DNA of 63,467 nt, counting the filler, from Diploschistes diacapsis (lineage: Eukaryota), in NCBI GenBank assembly GCA_023645945.1. It is 33 parts of 33 records of this genome, joined end to end, with 100 filler letters (N's around TTAATTAATTAA, not from the genome) between each part and the next. Parts side by side here need not be neighbours in the genome. Positions count along the whole stretch, not along the records: positions 60,882 to 62,124 come from JALAIB010003500.1; positions 62,225 to 63,467 come from JALAIB010003501.1; 31 more parts are not named here. One strand, given 5' to 3'. Made by a program: the position numbers and the translations under genes. Shown in pieces: positions 62,087-63,467 of this stretch (its first letter is position 1; each line of letters opens with the position of its first letter). A model generated the notes under the pieces. The model was not told the DNA's origin. It ran no database searches and saw nothing but the letters and a program-made list of their open reading frames with translations.

Positions 62087-62124
62087 ATGAAATACGCCCT
62101 CCTCCTCGCCGCCTCAACCGCCAC
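62087..62124 (+). CDS. Start of a probable secreted protein (signal peptide, truncated by the contig end)
   Basis: MKYALLLAASTA after an A-rich start context; TATATAA at 61940-61946. Confidence 0.5.
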
Positions 62125-62224
62125 NNNNNNNNNNNNNNNNNNNNNNNNNNNNNNNNNNNNNNNNNNNNTTAATTAATTAANNNNNNNNNNNNNNNNNNNN
62201 NNNNNNNNNNNNNNNNNNNNNNNN

Positions 62225-62712
62225 CTATAAACCGTTCTTAAAGTTACTTAATAACAATCAGTACCTTATAAAGATTATAAATAATTATTCGCGAAGAACC
62301 TGATTTATCTTTTATAAAACTCGGAAGGATGTTATTCATATTTTATAAATTTAGAAAATAAATATAGAGTTTTAAAACAATAAACAATTAAAAGCAGTAC
62401 GTTTCGATAATATACCTAAACTAATATCTATAATCGACAATTAAAAAAGAAGTTTAGGAATTTAAATAAAATCCATAGTATTATACACGTAGAGTTAAAA
62501 TAACACTGCCGAAAAATCTATATAAATTACCGAAATAAACATCCGTGTTATATTTAAAAAAAAGAAATAAAGATACGCTTTCTAAGACGAAACAATATTG
62601 ACTCAATACAACATCCGAAACAGAACGACGATAAAACCTAAATTAAACGATTCAATCGCGACGCTTGTCGAATAATAATTAAACGAAAAATTGTTAATAA
62701 ACAATATCCGTA
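62225..62712 (+). mobile_element. Copia integrase core remnant
   Basis: KAVRFDN.PKL...YT*S*NNTAEKSI...AF*DE.....NIRNRT. Confidence 0.75.
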
Positions 62713-63467
62713 AAGTATATGCATAGCGAGCGGACACTCATAGCGAACGGACACCCCCCATTTAATTTTATAAACTTTTAACTTTTGTACTAATTTTCTA
62801 CGCGTACGATTATAGAATCATCTTTAATTAAAAATAGAATTATAATAATACTTTAGATAATTAAATAAGATCTAAATTTTAATATAAAACGCGTATTTTA
62901 AATATATAAGATTTTTAATACGACGTTTATTATTCGACGCGATAATTATATTTTAAAACACGATATCTTAATTAACTTAATAAATTTAACCGTGTTAAAA
63001 GAAGAGACGATTTTTAAACATACGATTAATTTAATCGAATATAATTTTCCGCCGCGATAAAACGATATACGCGATATAATCAATTTAATACGCGTAGCTC
63101 GAAATACGCGGCCGATCGAACCACGATAAACATAAAATTTCGTACGAAGGTAAAAAATGCTTAAAATACCATTTCAATATAGAATGGATTATTAAAAAGT
63201 AACAATTAAAAATCCAGTAGTCTTACGAAACTGATTCGATCTGGTACGTAACGTAATTAATAAATATAATATCCTCGATTCGAATATTTACAATTTCGAC
63301 GAAACCGGCTTTCTTATAAAAATATTAAGTCATATAAAGGTCGTAATTACTTCAGATCGTAAAAAAATAGACCTCGTACGAAGTAACCCGGTAATCGAGA
63401 ATAAGTTTTAATTATCTAAGTTATCTACGCGGACGGTTATACGCTGCCTCCGTACGTGATTATAAAG
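62713..63467 (+). mobile_element. Fot1/pogo family H, 5' TIR plus DDE transposase remnant
   Basis: TA followed by a TIR with an internal direct repeat (CATAGCGA.CGGACAC x2); NIYNFDETGF and *PGNRE*V...ADG..LPPYVI. Confidence 0.9.

Overview
This is not a continuous locus. It is 33 fungal (Pezizomycotina-type) contigs joined by 32 artificial 100-nt linkers (N44-TTAATTAATTAA-N44). Thirty-two contigs are about 1.24-1.26 kb, sorted by decreasing length. One is 20.3 kb (13562-33851) and holds intron-containing genes: ARMC8/Vid28-like, a small Cys-rich ORF, MAG2/RNF10-like RING E3, UBP3/USP10-like deubiquitinase, a THEM6-like thioesterase, a 705-aa hypothetical protein and a salicylate-hydroxylase-like FAD monooxygenase. 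Four GC-rich short contigs carry gene fragments, including a TPP-dependent enzyme and Y14/RBM8A. Most other short contigs are nested, RIP-degraded transposons (Gypsy/chromovirus, Copia, Fot1/pogo, Tc1, hAT MITE, Tad1-like LINE). The most notable observations: (1) the MAG2 and UBP3 homologues, a known writer and eraser of 40S ribosomal-protein ubiquitination, sit head-to-head 478 bp apart; (2) a complete 570-bp TRIM-like miniature LTR element with a 5-bp TSD and a possible self-priming site; (3) a complete hAT MITE with an 8-bp TSD. All calls were made by eye; no searches were run.
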